Source: an uncultured Muribaculaceae bacterium (GTDB lineage: Bacteria > Bacteroidota > Bacteroidia > Bacteroidales > UBA932). Taken from it: DNA of 64,000 bases. Under the pieces are notes generated by a model. It searched no databases. It was not told where the DNA came from and saw only the letters and a program-made list of their open reading frames with translations. Position numbers and translations under genes: made by a program. This document shows positions 29,400-39,435 of the stretch, piece after piece. The stretch spans positions 9,820-73,819 of the forward strand of contig CAZREC010000001.1 in the NCBI GenBank assembly GCA_964599025.1, written 5' to 3'. Positions within the stretch are counted from its first letter, which is position 1. The number at the start of each line of letters is the position of its first letter.

Positions 29400-30560
29400 T
29401 TATTCTTCAACTATTCTCAACTCTACCTTTTCTACTCTGTTTGAGGTAGTTTTTAAAATCGTAAAGTACATATTTTCATATTCGAGAACATCTCCTTCCG
29501 ATGGAATGTTTTCATGAAAAAAAGTTATAAAGCCTGCTAAGGTCTCATAATCTTCCGATTCCGGAATATCAAGTCCGTATATCCTGTTCAGGTATTTAAT
29601 TTCAATCCTAGCAGAAAAAATAAATTGGTTATCTGAAATTTTCTTCTCTATCAGATCTTCCTTGTCCAATTCGTCTGAAATCTCCCCGAAAATCTCCTCT
29701 ATAAGGTCCTCAAGAGTAACAATTCCTGCTGTTCCTCCATATTCATCCAGGACAACTGCAATAGATCTTTTGTTCTTTGTAAGCATTGTAAGCAGCGATT
29801 GGGCGCTCATTGTCTCAGGAAGATAATCTATCTCTCTTATGAGCTCTTTTATGGGTTTTTCTCCGTTAAAAAGATCGCGGGAATGCACATATCCTATTAT
29901 CCTGTCTATGTTTTCCCGGTAAACAATTATCCGTGAGTAATTGGAATCTGCAAACTGAGCCAGAAGCTCTTCAAAGGTGGCATCCTCTGCTATAGAACAA
30001 ATCTCAGTCCTCGGTACCATGCACTCTCTGAGTATTACATCCGAAAAATTAAGAGCATTTTGAAAAATAGCAATATCCTTTCCTGGTTCTTCCATTACAA
30101 TCCCTTCTCTTTTCACTATTTTCTTTGCCAGCGGAGATAGGGCCATATTTGAAAAATCGGCAAACCAATAAAAAGACTCCAGTACCCTGTTTGGATTCTT
30201 TGTGGCTAAAGCAAACGGAATAAATACAGCTATAACGAGCACAATTAGGGTAATTACTGCTATCTCTGTCACAACTATCAATCCTCTGCCCATGTCTAAA
30301 CACTGCGACAGGAGGGGGTCCAAAACCCCGGCCAGCGATAACGCAAACACAAGAAGAGAGATTGTCCTGCCGACCCTCAAAGAGGCTATAACCAACTCCT
30401 TTTCCTGGACCAGTCTGTCCACACTCTCTGCATAGGCCTTTTCCTGTTTCTTGTCAACCTCTACCTTAAGCATGTTGTAACTCCTGAATGCCCTCTCCAG
30501 AGCAGTAAATATGGCCATTAAGGCCAAAGAAACAACGGCAAAGGTAATCGATGTGTACAT
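29400..30560 (-). CDS. Hemolysin/CorC-family protein (CNNM + CBS + CorC domains)
   Basis: ECMVPRTEI, YSRIIVY, AVVLDEYGGTAGIVTLEDLIEEIFGEI, YETLAGF. Confidence 0.9.
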   Translation of the reverse strand: MYTSITFAVVSLALMAIFTALERAFRSYNMLKVEVDKKQEKAYAESVDRLVQEKELVIASLRVGRTISLLVFALSLAGVLDPLLSQCLDMGRGLIVVTEIAVITLIVLVIAVFIPFALATKNPNRVLESFYWFADFSNMALSPLAKKIVKREGIVMEEPGKDIAIFQNALNFSDVILRECMVPRTEICSIAEDATFEELLAQFADSNYSRIIVYRENIDRIIGYVHSRDLFNGEKPIKELIREIDYLPETMSAQSLLTMLTKNKRSIAVVLDEYGGTAGIVTLEDLIEEIFGEISDELDKEDLIEKKISDNQFIFSARIEIKYLNRIYGLDIPESEDYETLAGFITFFHENIPSEGDVLEYENMYFTILKTTSNRVEKVELRIVEE

Positions 30561-30561
30561 A

Positions 30562-31206
30562 CTACTTTTTCTTAGGAATTAGCGGACCAATAAAGTTTAT
30601 TGTGTCTATATACGGAACCTCCAGTGAATCCCTCGATACAATTGCATAGCTATCAAATGGTCTCAGAATTATAGAATTGCTTGCCCTGTCGTCGGACTCC
30701 ATTCCGTAGCCTTGCATAAACAGGTCTGGCGTTGTAAGCTTAACCCAGCACTTTGTAAATATCTTCTTGTTGACTCTGTCCCAGTAAAGAGTGTCCGTTA
30801 CCATCTTTTCTCCTTTTATGTAGTTGTTAACTACTACATTTCCATGAGCTTCCCAAATCTCTTCCGCCGCAGCATTAATGTGTTTTGCAAAGTTTGCCCG
30901 TATTTCGGTCTCCAGCAAGCCCTCCTTAGTAAATGCCTTGACGTTTATTCCTTTGGGAAAATTATCATAAGGCTCCTTTTCCTCTGTAAACCTCTCCATA
31001 ACGGGTGCCTCAACACGTAAGACAACTATGCCCCCGTCTGTCTGCTGAACAGACATGTTTTCAATTATCTGACTAGGAAAAGCAGTGGTATTTACAACGT
31101 CTGTAGCCGGCAGACTGTCCTTGCACGACAAAATGATGGTAGCAACCACAAATGTGACTGCTACCATAAGAAATTTATGTTCTTTGCGTATCTTTTTTCT
31201 TACCAC
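30562..31206 (-). CDS. lptC: LPS export periplasmic protein LptC
   Basis: FPKGI, IWEAHGNVVV, TDTLYWD...KKI, GYGMESD; conserved context. Start uncertain (GTG 31206 or ATG 31167). Confidence 0.8.
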   Translation of the reverse strand: MVRKKIRKEHKFLMVAVTFVVATIILSCKDSLPATDVVNTTAFPSQIIENMSVQQTDGGIVVLRVEAPVMERFTEEKEPYDNFPKGINVKAFTKEGLLETEIRANFAKHINAAAEEIWEAHGNVVVNNYIKGEKMVTDTLYWDRVNKKIFTKCWVKLTTPDLFMQGYGMESDDRASNSIILRPFDSYAIVSRDSLEVPYIDTINFIGPLIPKKK

Positions 31207-31220
31207 CTGGTTTCCCGTTC

Positions 31221-32555
31221 TTACTGTTTTCTGGTTCTTACAGTTGTAGTTGCGCTCATTCCTCCACATGAAACTGTATATGACGATCCGTCAACTATAT
31301 CATACATAAATGCCTCTTCCTGCAAAGGGAAGTACTGAGAGTACTCTCTTATTCGGCTTGTAAGCTCCTCCATAAGAGGTGCGGCATCGGCAAAACTTTT
31401 TGCTCTTGTAAAATAATCAACAGCCACCCAATACTTAGCTCTCTGCTCTACTTCTGTCCCACTGCATTTTTGAGAGGCCCATATTAGTCCAAGGATGTAA
31501 TTTGCCTTTCCTGCAACGTTTGTGCTTTTTTGCATAGCCTGTCTGGCTGCTTCTGCTGCTTTTGCAGGGCTTCCCATTTTCTGGAAGTAGTAAGTAGCCA
31601 TGTCAATCATCATATCAGCATCTTCATTATCATTAGATTCTGGATAGTCAATTGCCTCCTGCAGAAGCTTTATTGCATTCTGATGTTCATCTCTCAATGA
31701 GTAAAGCTTGTAAAGATACAGAGCAGATTTATATGACGGATCCAATCTATGAAGTGCCTCAACTGTACTTACATACAACTCTTCTTTAAAACACTGTGCG
31801 TCGTTAAGAAGTCTTACAATTCTGGAAACAAGTTCTTTGTCGTTCGGGTTCTCCTTGAATTTAGGACCAAACATTGCAACAATGTTTTCGCAACTTGCAA
31901 CACCACTGTTTGCAAACAGAAGGTCGATACCCTTTTTTACCTGTTGTGCTTCTGAAGCATTCGCCTTAATCTGATATTCAACAATAGGTGTCAGCAGAGA
32001 ATATATATCTAATACTTTGTCTGCAGATATTTGTTTGTCATTAAACATGTTCACTGCCACCTGCATGTAAAGTACCAAAATTGAAGGATCTGTATCGTTT
32101 CCTGCCATCTTAACAACATTACCAAGGGCTTCAAAAACCTTTGGGTTTTTGTCTCCCATGTATTCAAACATATCAAACGCCTTGTTTGTCTGAGCTCCTA
32201 TGGCGTATTTAGGAAAATGCTCTGATCTGAGATCGTACATTAAAAACAAAGAGTCAACAAGCTTGTTTCTTAGTTGAGGATTGCTTTTGTTCTTTTCAAT
32301 AAGGAACTTAAATATCTTCTCTCCATGTTGATATAATCTGGCACTAACAGCCGGAGGGCAGAGCCTGAAAGCTTCTCTCCAGAGAGGAATGGCTTCTATT
32401 AAGTTCCCCTGTTTCATATAATCATTATAGAAACTCAGGTTGTTTTTACACTCTACGCTATCTTTTCCGTTGCCATATTTGCCTGGTTGAGCATAGCCGG
32501 TTGACATGCCAAATGTCAGGATAGCTATTACAAATAAAATGGTTGCTTTCTTCAT
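31221..32555 (-). CDS. Secreted TPR-like protein
   Basis: Signal peptide; DSVECKNNLSFY, helical repeats, YWVAVDYF, QYFP. Confidence 0.75.
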   Translation of the reverse strand: MKKATILFVIAILTFGMSTGYAQPGKYGNGKDSVECKNNLSFYNDYMKQGNLIEAIPLWREAFRLCPPAVSARLYQHGEKIFKFLIEKNKSNPQLRNKLVDSLFLMYDLRSEHFPKYAIGAQTNKAFDMFEYMGDKNPKVFEALGNVVKMAGNDTDPSILVLYMQVAVNMFNDKQISADKVLDIYSLLTPIVEYQIKANASEAQQVKKGIDLLFANSGVASCENIVAMFGPKFKENPNDKELVSRIVRLLNDAQCFKEELYVSTVEALHRLDPSYKSALYLYKLYSLRDEHQNAIKLLQEAIDYPESNDNEDADMMIDMATYYFQKMGSPAKAAEAARQAMQKSTNVAGKANYILGLIWASQKCSGTEVEQRAKYWVAVDYFTRAKSFADAAPLMEELTSRIREYSQYFPLQEEAFMYDIVDGSSYTVSCGGMSATTTVRTRKQ

Positions 32556-32594
32556 AAAATTGAATATTAATATAGTATGTTTATTACTCTTTTA

Positions 32595-33905
32595 TTAGTC
32601 GTATTTATATTTTTTGAACCAACTAGGGTCGAACAGGCTTATGTTCACTACAAACATAAGATACCTTTCTCTCACCATATTGTTTTTGATGCTTCCTCTC
32701 TGGCCCATGTCAACGGCCACTCCAATTGAGTTATACATTCTGAAGATTGGAAAACTTGCACCTAGTGTCAATCCGGCAGAATTTACCTGATGTCCACCCA
32801 GGCTCATATATGATTTCTCATAATAAGCTCCCCCTTTGTAGGTTACTCTTCTGAAATAGTATCTTACGTCGTATCTGTTTGGGGTGAATTCAAAGCCGAA
32901 TTTAAAAGTATTGCTGAGAGAAGGAGTAAAGTTTACTCCGGGAGTAGCTGAGAAAGAGGCACTTCTCCAGTCTTGTCTTACAAAGTCCGCCCCTATCATC
33001 CATTTGTCTGTTTTTCTGAGCGAAGCACCCAGAGCTATTTCTGACGGTATTTCTATTTCTGTATTTGTTGAAGTGTTAAAGGTTACCGTATCGGTTGTTC
33101 CGGCACTGTTAACAGCAAATGAGTATCTTGTAAGATCGCCCCTCATTTTGGAGCTGAGAAGGTATGTGGCACCTAGAGTAAGACTCTTGTCTTTAGGAAG
33201 TTTAAGTGAATATTGCAGACCAAGCTTCCCGGAAATTGAGCCCACCACATAGTCCATGCCTGTTTTTATACTTCTGTACGATGCTGCATTGGAGGTGAAC
33301 AGAATGTTTGAATACCTGTCAATTGTTCCAAAATAATATATTCCCTCTGCTCCAAAAGACAAGTTTTTGGAAAGCTTCAATGAGCCGCCCAGAAAGAATT
33401 TGTTTATTCCTCCGGTCCCGTACTTCTGATATTTGATGTCGCCCATCTCAGCTATGATTACAGGATTTGTCTCGGTTTGTTCAAATTTATAACCAACACT
33501 GCTATATGGAGTTATTCCAACTATCAATGCAGATCTCTTGTAGATTGGAAGCGTGAGCATCAGATGGTGCATGTTGAAAGCATTGTATGCCGACCTCGTT
33601 TTGCTGTCGGACATATAAAAATTTTTCTGCTCCAGTCCAAAGTCAAGCATAAAAGCCAGTGAATCTCTTTCTGCAACCGATGCAGGATTCAGATAATTTA
33701 TGACGCGGTTGTCCCTGACACCAACGCCGATCCCTCCCATCCCTTTGTTATAGGCTGTGCCGGGTCTTAACACATCACCCAATCCGAAGATTGAGTATGG
33801 TGTAAATGAGTTTAAGGCATCAGTACTTTGTGCAAAAATTTGCTGACTGAATAGAAGCAGAGTAATTAAGAATACTCCTTTCTGAATTTTTTTAAGATTT
33901 CGCAT
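32595..33905 (-). CDS. Outer-membrane beta-barrel protein (FadL-like)
   Basis: Signal peptide, TPYSIFGLGD, GMGG, NYLNPAS, amphipathic strands, C-terminal WFKKYKYD. Confidence 0.8.
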   Translation of the reverse strand: MRNLKKIQKGVFLITLLLFSQQIFAQSTDALNSFTPYSIFGLGDVLRPGTAYNKGMGGIGVGVRDNRVINYLNPASVAERDSLAFMLDFGLEQKNFYMSDSKTRSAYNAFNMHHLMLTLPIYKRSALIVGITPYSSVGYKFEQTETNPVIIAEMGDIKYQKYGTGGINKFFLGGSLKLSKNLSFGAEGIYYFGTIDRYSNILFTSNAASYRSIKTGMDYVVGSISGKLGLQYSLKLPKDKSLTLGATYLLSSKMRGDLTRYSFAVNSAGTTDTVTFNTSTNTEIEIPSEIALGASLRKTDKWMIGADFVRQDWRSASFSATPGVNFTPSLSNTFKFGFEFTPNRYDVRYYFRRVTYKGGAYYEKSYMSLGGHQVNSAGLTLGASFPIFRMYNSIGVAVDMGQRGSIKNNMVRERYLMFVVNISLFDPSWFKKYKYD

Positions 33906-34614
33906 GGTAATCTGCTATACGGGCCAAACCCATCAACACTAAATTGTAAACTACAAATATGGAACTTTTCAATTTTTCTGCAAAATAAATCGCATCTCCT
34001 CCGGTAAAAATATAAATATGATCGGGGTAACGACCTATATAACCCTCAACTTCAAAAATCAGACCTAAAACTACGCCACTCTCTATTGCCTCCCTTGTGG
34101 TCTTGCCCAAAGGCTTTGTCTCATTGGGGTTTTCCAACAACGGAAGTTGTTGGGTATAAAGGTTTAAGGCCTTAAATCTTGTCCTTAAACCAGGAGAAAT
34201 GTTACCCCCAAGAAATTCTCCTTTATCACTTAAAAAATCTATCGTCAATGCTGTTCCGAAATCAAATATTAAACAACTTCTGTCGGGAAACAGGTCAGAA
34301 GCAGCTACTGCTGCGGCCAGTCTGTCCGGTCCTAGCGTAGAAGGAGTTGAATATCTGTTTTTAATGGGAAGCTTCGTTTTATCGTTCAGAACTATCAGTT
34401 TATCACAAATCTCTTCTAAAGATCTGTAAAAAGTCTCTTCAAAAAGCCTTACCGAAGATACTATCAAAATATGCGGTCGCTTTACTAAAGCAAGATCTTT
34501 AATAAACTTCAAAACGTTCTCTCCCTGATATTTGTGGGTCTCTCCCAACTCAATACCCTCGGCAAATGCCGCTTTAAGGGATGTATTTCCTATATCAATT
34601 ACAAGGTTAGTCAC
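33892..34614 (-). CDS. coaX: Type III pantothenate kinase
   Basis: LVIDIGNT, TLGPDRL, DFGTALTID, GGNISPG, TGGD. GTG start at 34614 preferred because the upstream TTG lies inside the -7 box. Confidence 0.95.
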   Translation of the reverse strand: MTNLVIDIGNTSLKAAFAEGIELGETHKYQGENVLKFIKDLALVKRPHILIVSSVRLFEETFYRSLEEICDKLIVLNDKTKLPIKNRYSTPSTLGPDRLAAAVAASDLFPDRSCLIFDFGTALTIDFLSDKGEFLGGNISPGLRTRFKALNLYTQQLPLLENPNETKPLGKTTREAIESGVVLGLIFEVEGYIGRYPDHIYIFTGGDAIYFAEKLKSSIFVVYNLVLMGLARIADYHAKS

Positions 34615-34635
34615 AGTTTGCAAAGTTATAAATTA

Positions 34636-37600
34636 TCAGGACTTCATCTCTAAAAATATTTTATATGCTTTTTCTACACTCTCAACAGAATTAACCGTAA
34701 TATAGAGTTTGTCTTTCTGTTCCTTTAACCTGAAGCGTTTAGCCTGCTTTTGGAGAAACTCCAGAATTTTGGCAAAATGGTCAGATTTATAATATGAAGA
34801 GAGTTGATTACTTACAAAATAGGCAAGCATCATTCCGTTTTTAAGGACAATCTTTTCAAATCCCAGCTCAACGGCAAGTCTCCTTAACCGTACTGTGTAG
34901 GCAAGCTGTGTTACCTGTTCAGGTATTGGTCCGAACCTGTCTCTCATAGCATCAAGAAACTGCACAAGCTCCTTCTCCTCGGTTATGGCATCAAGCTCCT
35001 TGTACAATCTTATCTTTTCAGCGGTGATTCCTATGTACTCGTCCGGAATAAGTATCTCCAGATCGGTATCAATACTGCAGTCGGTTATATATTCATATTC
35101 TTTTTGCCCTCTCTCTCTGTCGTTTGCATCCTCAATACCCCTCTCCTCTCTAAGCTCCGAGAAAGCTTCGGCCAGAATTCTCTGATATGTTTCAAAGCCC
35201 ATATCTGCAATAAAACCACTCTGTTCCCCTCCAAGAAGATTTCCTGCTCCTCTTATATCCAAATCCTGCATGGCGATGTTAAAACCGCTGCCAAGATCTG
35301 AGAATGTCTCAATTGCCTTTAATCTTCTTCTTGCATCTTCTGTAATTGAGATAAGCGGCGGAACTATCAGATAGCAGAAGGCTTTGTTGTTGGACCTCCC
35401 TACCCTGCCCCTAAGCTGGTGCAAGTCACTTAAACCAAAATTTTGAGCATGGTTTATAATAATAGTGTTGGCATTAGGAATATCAATCCCGTTTTCTATT
35501 ATTGTTGTCGCTATTAAAACATCATAGTCACCTGCCATGAAATCGAGTGTAACCTTTTCAAGTTCGGCCGGCTCCATCTGTCCATGTCCTATGCAGGTTT
35601 TTACATCGGGGCACAACCTCTTTATAATATCCTCCACACTCCTTATGTCCTCAACCCTGTTGTGTACAAAGAATACCTGTCCTCCCCTCTCTACTTCAAA
35701 ATTGATTGCATCCCTTATATTCTCTTCGTTAAAGTCAATTATCTCTGTCTGCACCGGGAGTCTGTTAGGGGGAGGTGTGTTGATAATAGACAAGTCCCTG
35801 GCTCCCAACAGTGAAAACTGGAGGGTTCTGGGTATTGGAGTAGCAGTAAGTGTAAGGGTATCAACATCAAGCTTAAGCTGGCGAAGCCTCTCCTTTGCTG
35901 CTACGCCGAATTTTTGTTCCTCATCTATAATAAGAAGACCAAGGTCCTTGAATTTTATCTCTTTGTTAAGCAGCCTGTGGGTTCCAATTATAATGTCAAT
36001 TTTCCCTTTTTCCAGATCCTGAATTATCTCCTTTATTGCATTTGTACCTTTTAATCTGCTTAAATATTCAATATTGCAAGGGAAATCCTTTAGTCTTCTG
36101 CTAAAGGTCTTGTAGTGCTGCAAGGCCAGAATTGTTGTAGGAACAAGCAACGCCACCTGCTTACTGTCGGATACCGCCTTAAATGCTGCCCTTATTGCAA
36201 TTTCTGTCTTTCCGAATCCAACATCTCCACAAATGAGCCTGTCCATTGGAAAAGATTGTTCCATGTCCTCTTTAATAGCCTTTGTGGCTTTCATCTGATC
36301 CGGTGTATCTTCGTAAATAAAGGAAGCCTCCAGTTCATTCTGCAAATAGGTATCGTGGGAGAAGGCAAATCCCTTTGCATCCCTTCTTTTTGCATACAGA
36401 TCAATAAGATCCTTTGCTATATCCTTTACCTTAGATTTAGTCTGACTCTTTAGTTTCTGCCATGTTCCCGTACCTAGCTTGTATATTTTTGGAGGAGCGG
36501 AGTCCTTGGACTTGTATCTTGATATCCTGTGAAGACCGTGAATAGAGACAAAAATGACATCACCATCCTTGTATATCAGCTTTATGGCCTCTTGTTGCTT
36601 GCCATTTATCTGAGTTTTGACAAGTCCCCCGAATTGACCCGTTCCATGGTCGATGTGCACTATATAGTCTCCTATCTGATAGGAATTCAATTCATTAATT
36701 GTCAGTCTTTCACTTTTTTCCACAGAGCGTTGCGTCTTGACTCTGTGGTATCTTTCAAAAATCTGATGGTCTGTATAGAGACATATTTTAGAAATATGGT
36801 CGATAAACCCTTCGTGCAGCGTGAAGTTTTTTGTGTCAAAAACCACCTTCATACCTTCGAATGAGTCAAAAATCTGACGAAGTCTCTCAAGCTGATTCGG
36901 ATTGTCGCTCAGTATGGAAACAGAATAGCCAAGAGAGGTTTTATCTGAGATCTCCTTTGCCAGTAATTCAAAGTTTTTGTTAAATGTTGGCTGTGGAGTT
37001 GTATGATAGGAGAGAGAGGCGTGTTCTTTAAAACTCTTTGAAAGAGGTCCGAAAAACACTCTTTTATGCTTTTCAATTCCCTTTACAAATTCTTCTCTTC
37101 CTAACAACTCCTGACCCTCTTTCTGATGCTCCTTAAGTAATGCTATCTGTTGGGTAAAAAACTCATAATCTGTTACCCATATTATAGATTCTCCTTTTGT
37201 AAAGGTAAAATAATCGACCATTTCCTCTGCTTCGTTACCCTCATATATGTTAGGATAAATCTCAATTGTTTCAACCTCCTCTGTCGATCTTTGTGTCTCA
37301 ATATCAAAGAATTTTATACTCTCCACCGTGTTACCGAAAAAGTCAATCCTGCAAGGGCGGTTATAAGAGAACGAGAAGAGGTCAATCAGTCCTCCTCTTA
37401 AGGCAAATTGTCCGGGTTCAGCTACAAAGTCCACTCTTTCGAAAGAATAGGCTATCAGGGTTTCCTTAATAAATTCATGGGAGAGAGTATAGCCCTTTGA
37501 AAGAGTTAAAATACTTGATTTTAATTTTTTTGAATTAAGGAAAAGTTCAGATATTGAATGCGGATAGCCAACAAGAACAACTTTTTTACTGTTTTTTTCT

Positions 37601-37950
37601 CTGTCAAGATACGATTTTACAGCACTTATTGCAGCTGTCCTCTGCACCTGATGAGAAGAGTCTTTAATACTGTTCTTTATATTAAAATTCGATGAGCTTG
37701 GCAGGAAGAAGACATTCTCCTTATCCATAAGGTTACAGAGATCATTTGAACAGTAAGCAGCATCCTCTTTATTGTTAAGCAGAACAAGGTGTAAACCATC
37801 CTCTATTGCAGATGCCATTGCCATGGCTTTAGCAGACGAGTACAACCCTTCAAGAACAAGAAGTTCTTTAGAAGGGCCATTAATCCATTTAATAAGCTCT
37901 TTATTAGATTCTTGTTCAATAAACACGCTTTCTGAAATTTTACCTGCCAT
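34636..37950 (-). CDS. mfd: Transcription-repair coupling factor
   Basis: FALRGGLID, VHIDHG, MDRLICGDVGFGKTE, IIDEEQKFG, TATPIPRT, QLRGRVGRS, DLDIRGAGNLLG. Confidence 0.98.
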   Translation of the reverse strand: MAGKISESVFIEQESNKELIKWINGPSKELLVLEGLYSSAKAMAMASAIEDGLHLVLLNNKEDAAYCSNDLCNLMDKENVFFLPSSSNFNIKNSIKDSSHQVQRTAAISAVKSYLDREKNSKKVVLVGYPHSISELFLNSKKLKSSILTLSKGYTLSHEFIKETLIAYSFERVDFVAEPGQFALRGGLIDLFSFSYNRPCRIDFFGNTVESIKFFDIETQRSTEEVETIEIYPNIYEGNEAEEMVDYFTFTKGESIIWVTDYEFFTQQIALLKEHQKEGQELLGREEFVKGIEKHKRVFFGPLSKSFKEHASLSYHTTPQPTFNKNFELLAKEISDKTSLGYSVSILSDNPNQLERLRQIFDSFEGMKVVFDTKNFTLHEGFIDHISKICLYTDHQIFERYHRVKTQRSVEKSERLTINELNSYQIGDYIVHIDHGTGQFGGLVKTQINGKQQEAIKLIYKDGDVIFVSIHGLHRISRYKSKDSAPPKIYKLGTGTWQKLKSQTKSKVKDIAKDLIDLYAKRRDAKGFAFSHDTYLQNELEASFIYEDTPDQMKATKAIKEDMEQSFPMDRLICGDVGFGKTEIAIRAAFKAVSDSKQVALLVPTTILALQHYKTFSRRLKDFPCNIEYLSRLKGTNAIKEIIQDLEKGKIDIIIGTHRLLNKEIKFKDLGLLIIDEEQKFGVAAKERLRQLKLDVDTLTLTATPIPRTLQFSLLGARDLSIINTPPPNRLPVQTEIIDFNEENIRDAINFEVERGGQVFFVHNRVEDIRSVEDIIKRLCPDVKTCIGHGQMEPAELEKVTLDFMAGDYDVLIATTIIENGIDIPNANTIIINHAQNFGLSDLHQLRGRVGRSNNKAFCYLIVPPLISITEDARRRLKAIETFSDLGSGFNIAMQDLDIRGAGNLLGGEQSGFIADMGFETYQRILAEAFSELREERGIEDANDRERGQKEYEYITDCSIDTDLEILIPDEYIGITAEKIRLYKELDAITEEKELVQFLDAMRDRFGPIPEQVTQLAYTVRLRRLAVELGFEKIVLKNGMMLAYFVSNQLSSYYKSDHFAKILEFLQKQAKRFRLKEQKDKLYITVNSVESVEKAYKIFLEMKS

Positions 37951-38391
37951 ATATATGGTGGCAAAGATAGTTTATTAACATAAAGTATGAAATGATGTTG
38001 ATAACTCCGTTTGGAAAATGTGAAGAAAAAAAGACAACAAATTTTTAAAAACCGGAGAAAATTTTTATATCATTTCCTTTCTTTTCTTTCCAAATTTCCG
38101 GGCTTCTTTTTTCTCTCTTTTTATCATAAAATTATCCACAGGGAGTTTTTGTTAAAACAAGAGAGGAATAGTTGTCAACAGTTGTTTATAATTTAAAATT
38201 ATATCTATTTATTCATTGCTTTAAAACAACTTACAATATAAGTTTATTGTTGAAATCCTTGTTAATATATGTTCATAATCTTCTATTCTGGTTAATATCT
38301 TTAGTTATTAACATATCAACAAACAAACATAAAAAACAAAATAACTATTAAAAGATTAATTTATATTTGTAATAATTAATACAGTTGATAA
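37951..38391. other. Candidate replication origin (DnaA-box cluster, AT-rich)
   Basis: TTATCCACA 38132-38140; near-matches TTATTAACA 37972 and 38305, TGTTGATAA 37996, TTGTCAACA 38172, TGTTTATAA 38183, TGTTCATAA 38270, ATATCAACA 38313. Confidence 0.6.
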
Positions 38392-39420
38392 ATGGCAAGT
38401 TTCGACCCTCATAACGACAAGGAAATCAAAGATAGAGATTTTGAAGGACAAATCAGGCCACAAGATTTTGCTGAATTTTCCGGTCAGGAAAAAATAATAG
38501 AAAACCTTAAAATTTTTGTAAAAGCTGCTCAAATAAGAGGAGAAGCACTTGACCACGTTCTTCTTCATGGCCCTCCAGGACTGGGAAAAACAACACTTGC
38601 ACATATTGTTGCTAACGAACTTGGTGTAAATATGAAAATTACATCAGGGCCGGTTTTAGATAAACCTGGAGATCTGGCAGGTCTTCTTACTGGACTTGAA
38701 AAAGGAGATGTTCTTTTCATTGACGAAATTCACAGGCTCGCCCCTGTTGTAGAAGAGTATCTCTACTCTGCAATGGAAGATTTTTGTATAGATATAATGA
38801 TTGATAAGGGACCGGGAGCAAGATCTGTACAGCTTACACTTAATCCTTTTACACTAATAGGAGCAACAACAAGAAGTGGTCTTTTAACATCTCCGTTGAG
38901 AGCCAGATTTGGTATCCAGTCGCATTTGGAATACTATGATGCTGAAGTACTTTTGAAAATAATAATAAGAAGTGCATCAATATTGGATATAGGCATAAAA
39001 AAAGAGGCAGCAATGGAAATTGCAAGAAGAAGCAGAGGAACACCAAGAATAGCAAATTCTCTGTTGAGGAGGGTAAGAGACTTTGCTCAGGTAAAAGGAG
39101 ATGGAAATATTGACCTTGATATAACAAAATATGCATTGGATGCATTGAATATTGATAAAAGGGGTCTGGATTTTATGGATAATAAAATTTTATCTACAAT
39201 TATCCATAAGTTTAAGGGAGGTCCGGTAGGCGTTAGCACAATAGCAACAGCAGTCAGTGAGGACATAGGTACAATAGAGGAGGTTTATGAACCCTTTCTG
39301 ATAATGGAAGGTTTTATACACAGAACTCCGAGAGGAAGAGAGGTAACCGATCTGGCCTATAAACATCTGGGTTTAAACAGAAACACCATTCTTGATGACC
39401 CTTCACTTTTTTCTATATAA
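38392..39420 (+). CDS. ruvB: Holliday junction branch migration helicase RuvB
   Basis: [46 protein letters not shown]. Confidence 0.98.
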   Translation: MASFDPHNDKEIKDRDFEGQIRPQDFAEFSGQEKIIENLKIFVKAAQIRGEALDHVLLHGPPGLGKTTLAHIVANELGVNMKITSGPVLDKPGDLAGLLTGLEKGDVLFIDEIHRLAPVVEEYLYSAMEDFCIDIMIDKGPGARSVQLTLNPFTLIGATTRSGLLTSPLRARFGIQSHLEYYDAEVLLKIIIRSASILDIGIKKEAAMEIARRSRGTPRIANSLLRRVRDFAQVKGDGNIDLDITKYALDALNIDKRGLDFMDNKILSTIIHKFKGGPVGVSTIATAVSEDIGTIEEVYEPFLIMEGFIHRTPRGREVTDLAYKHLGLNRNTILDDPSLFSI

Positions 39421-39435
39421 TTAAAAAGCAAAATA

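Noticed and set aside
38011..38196. 61-aa ORF in the mfd-ruvB gap
   Set aside because: Low-complexity F/K-rich translation of AT-rich DNA carrying DnaA boxes; TTG start.
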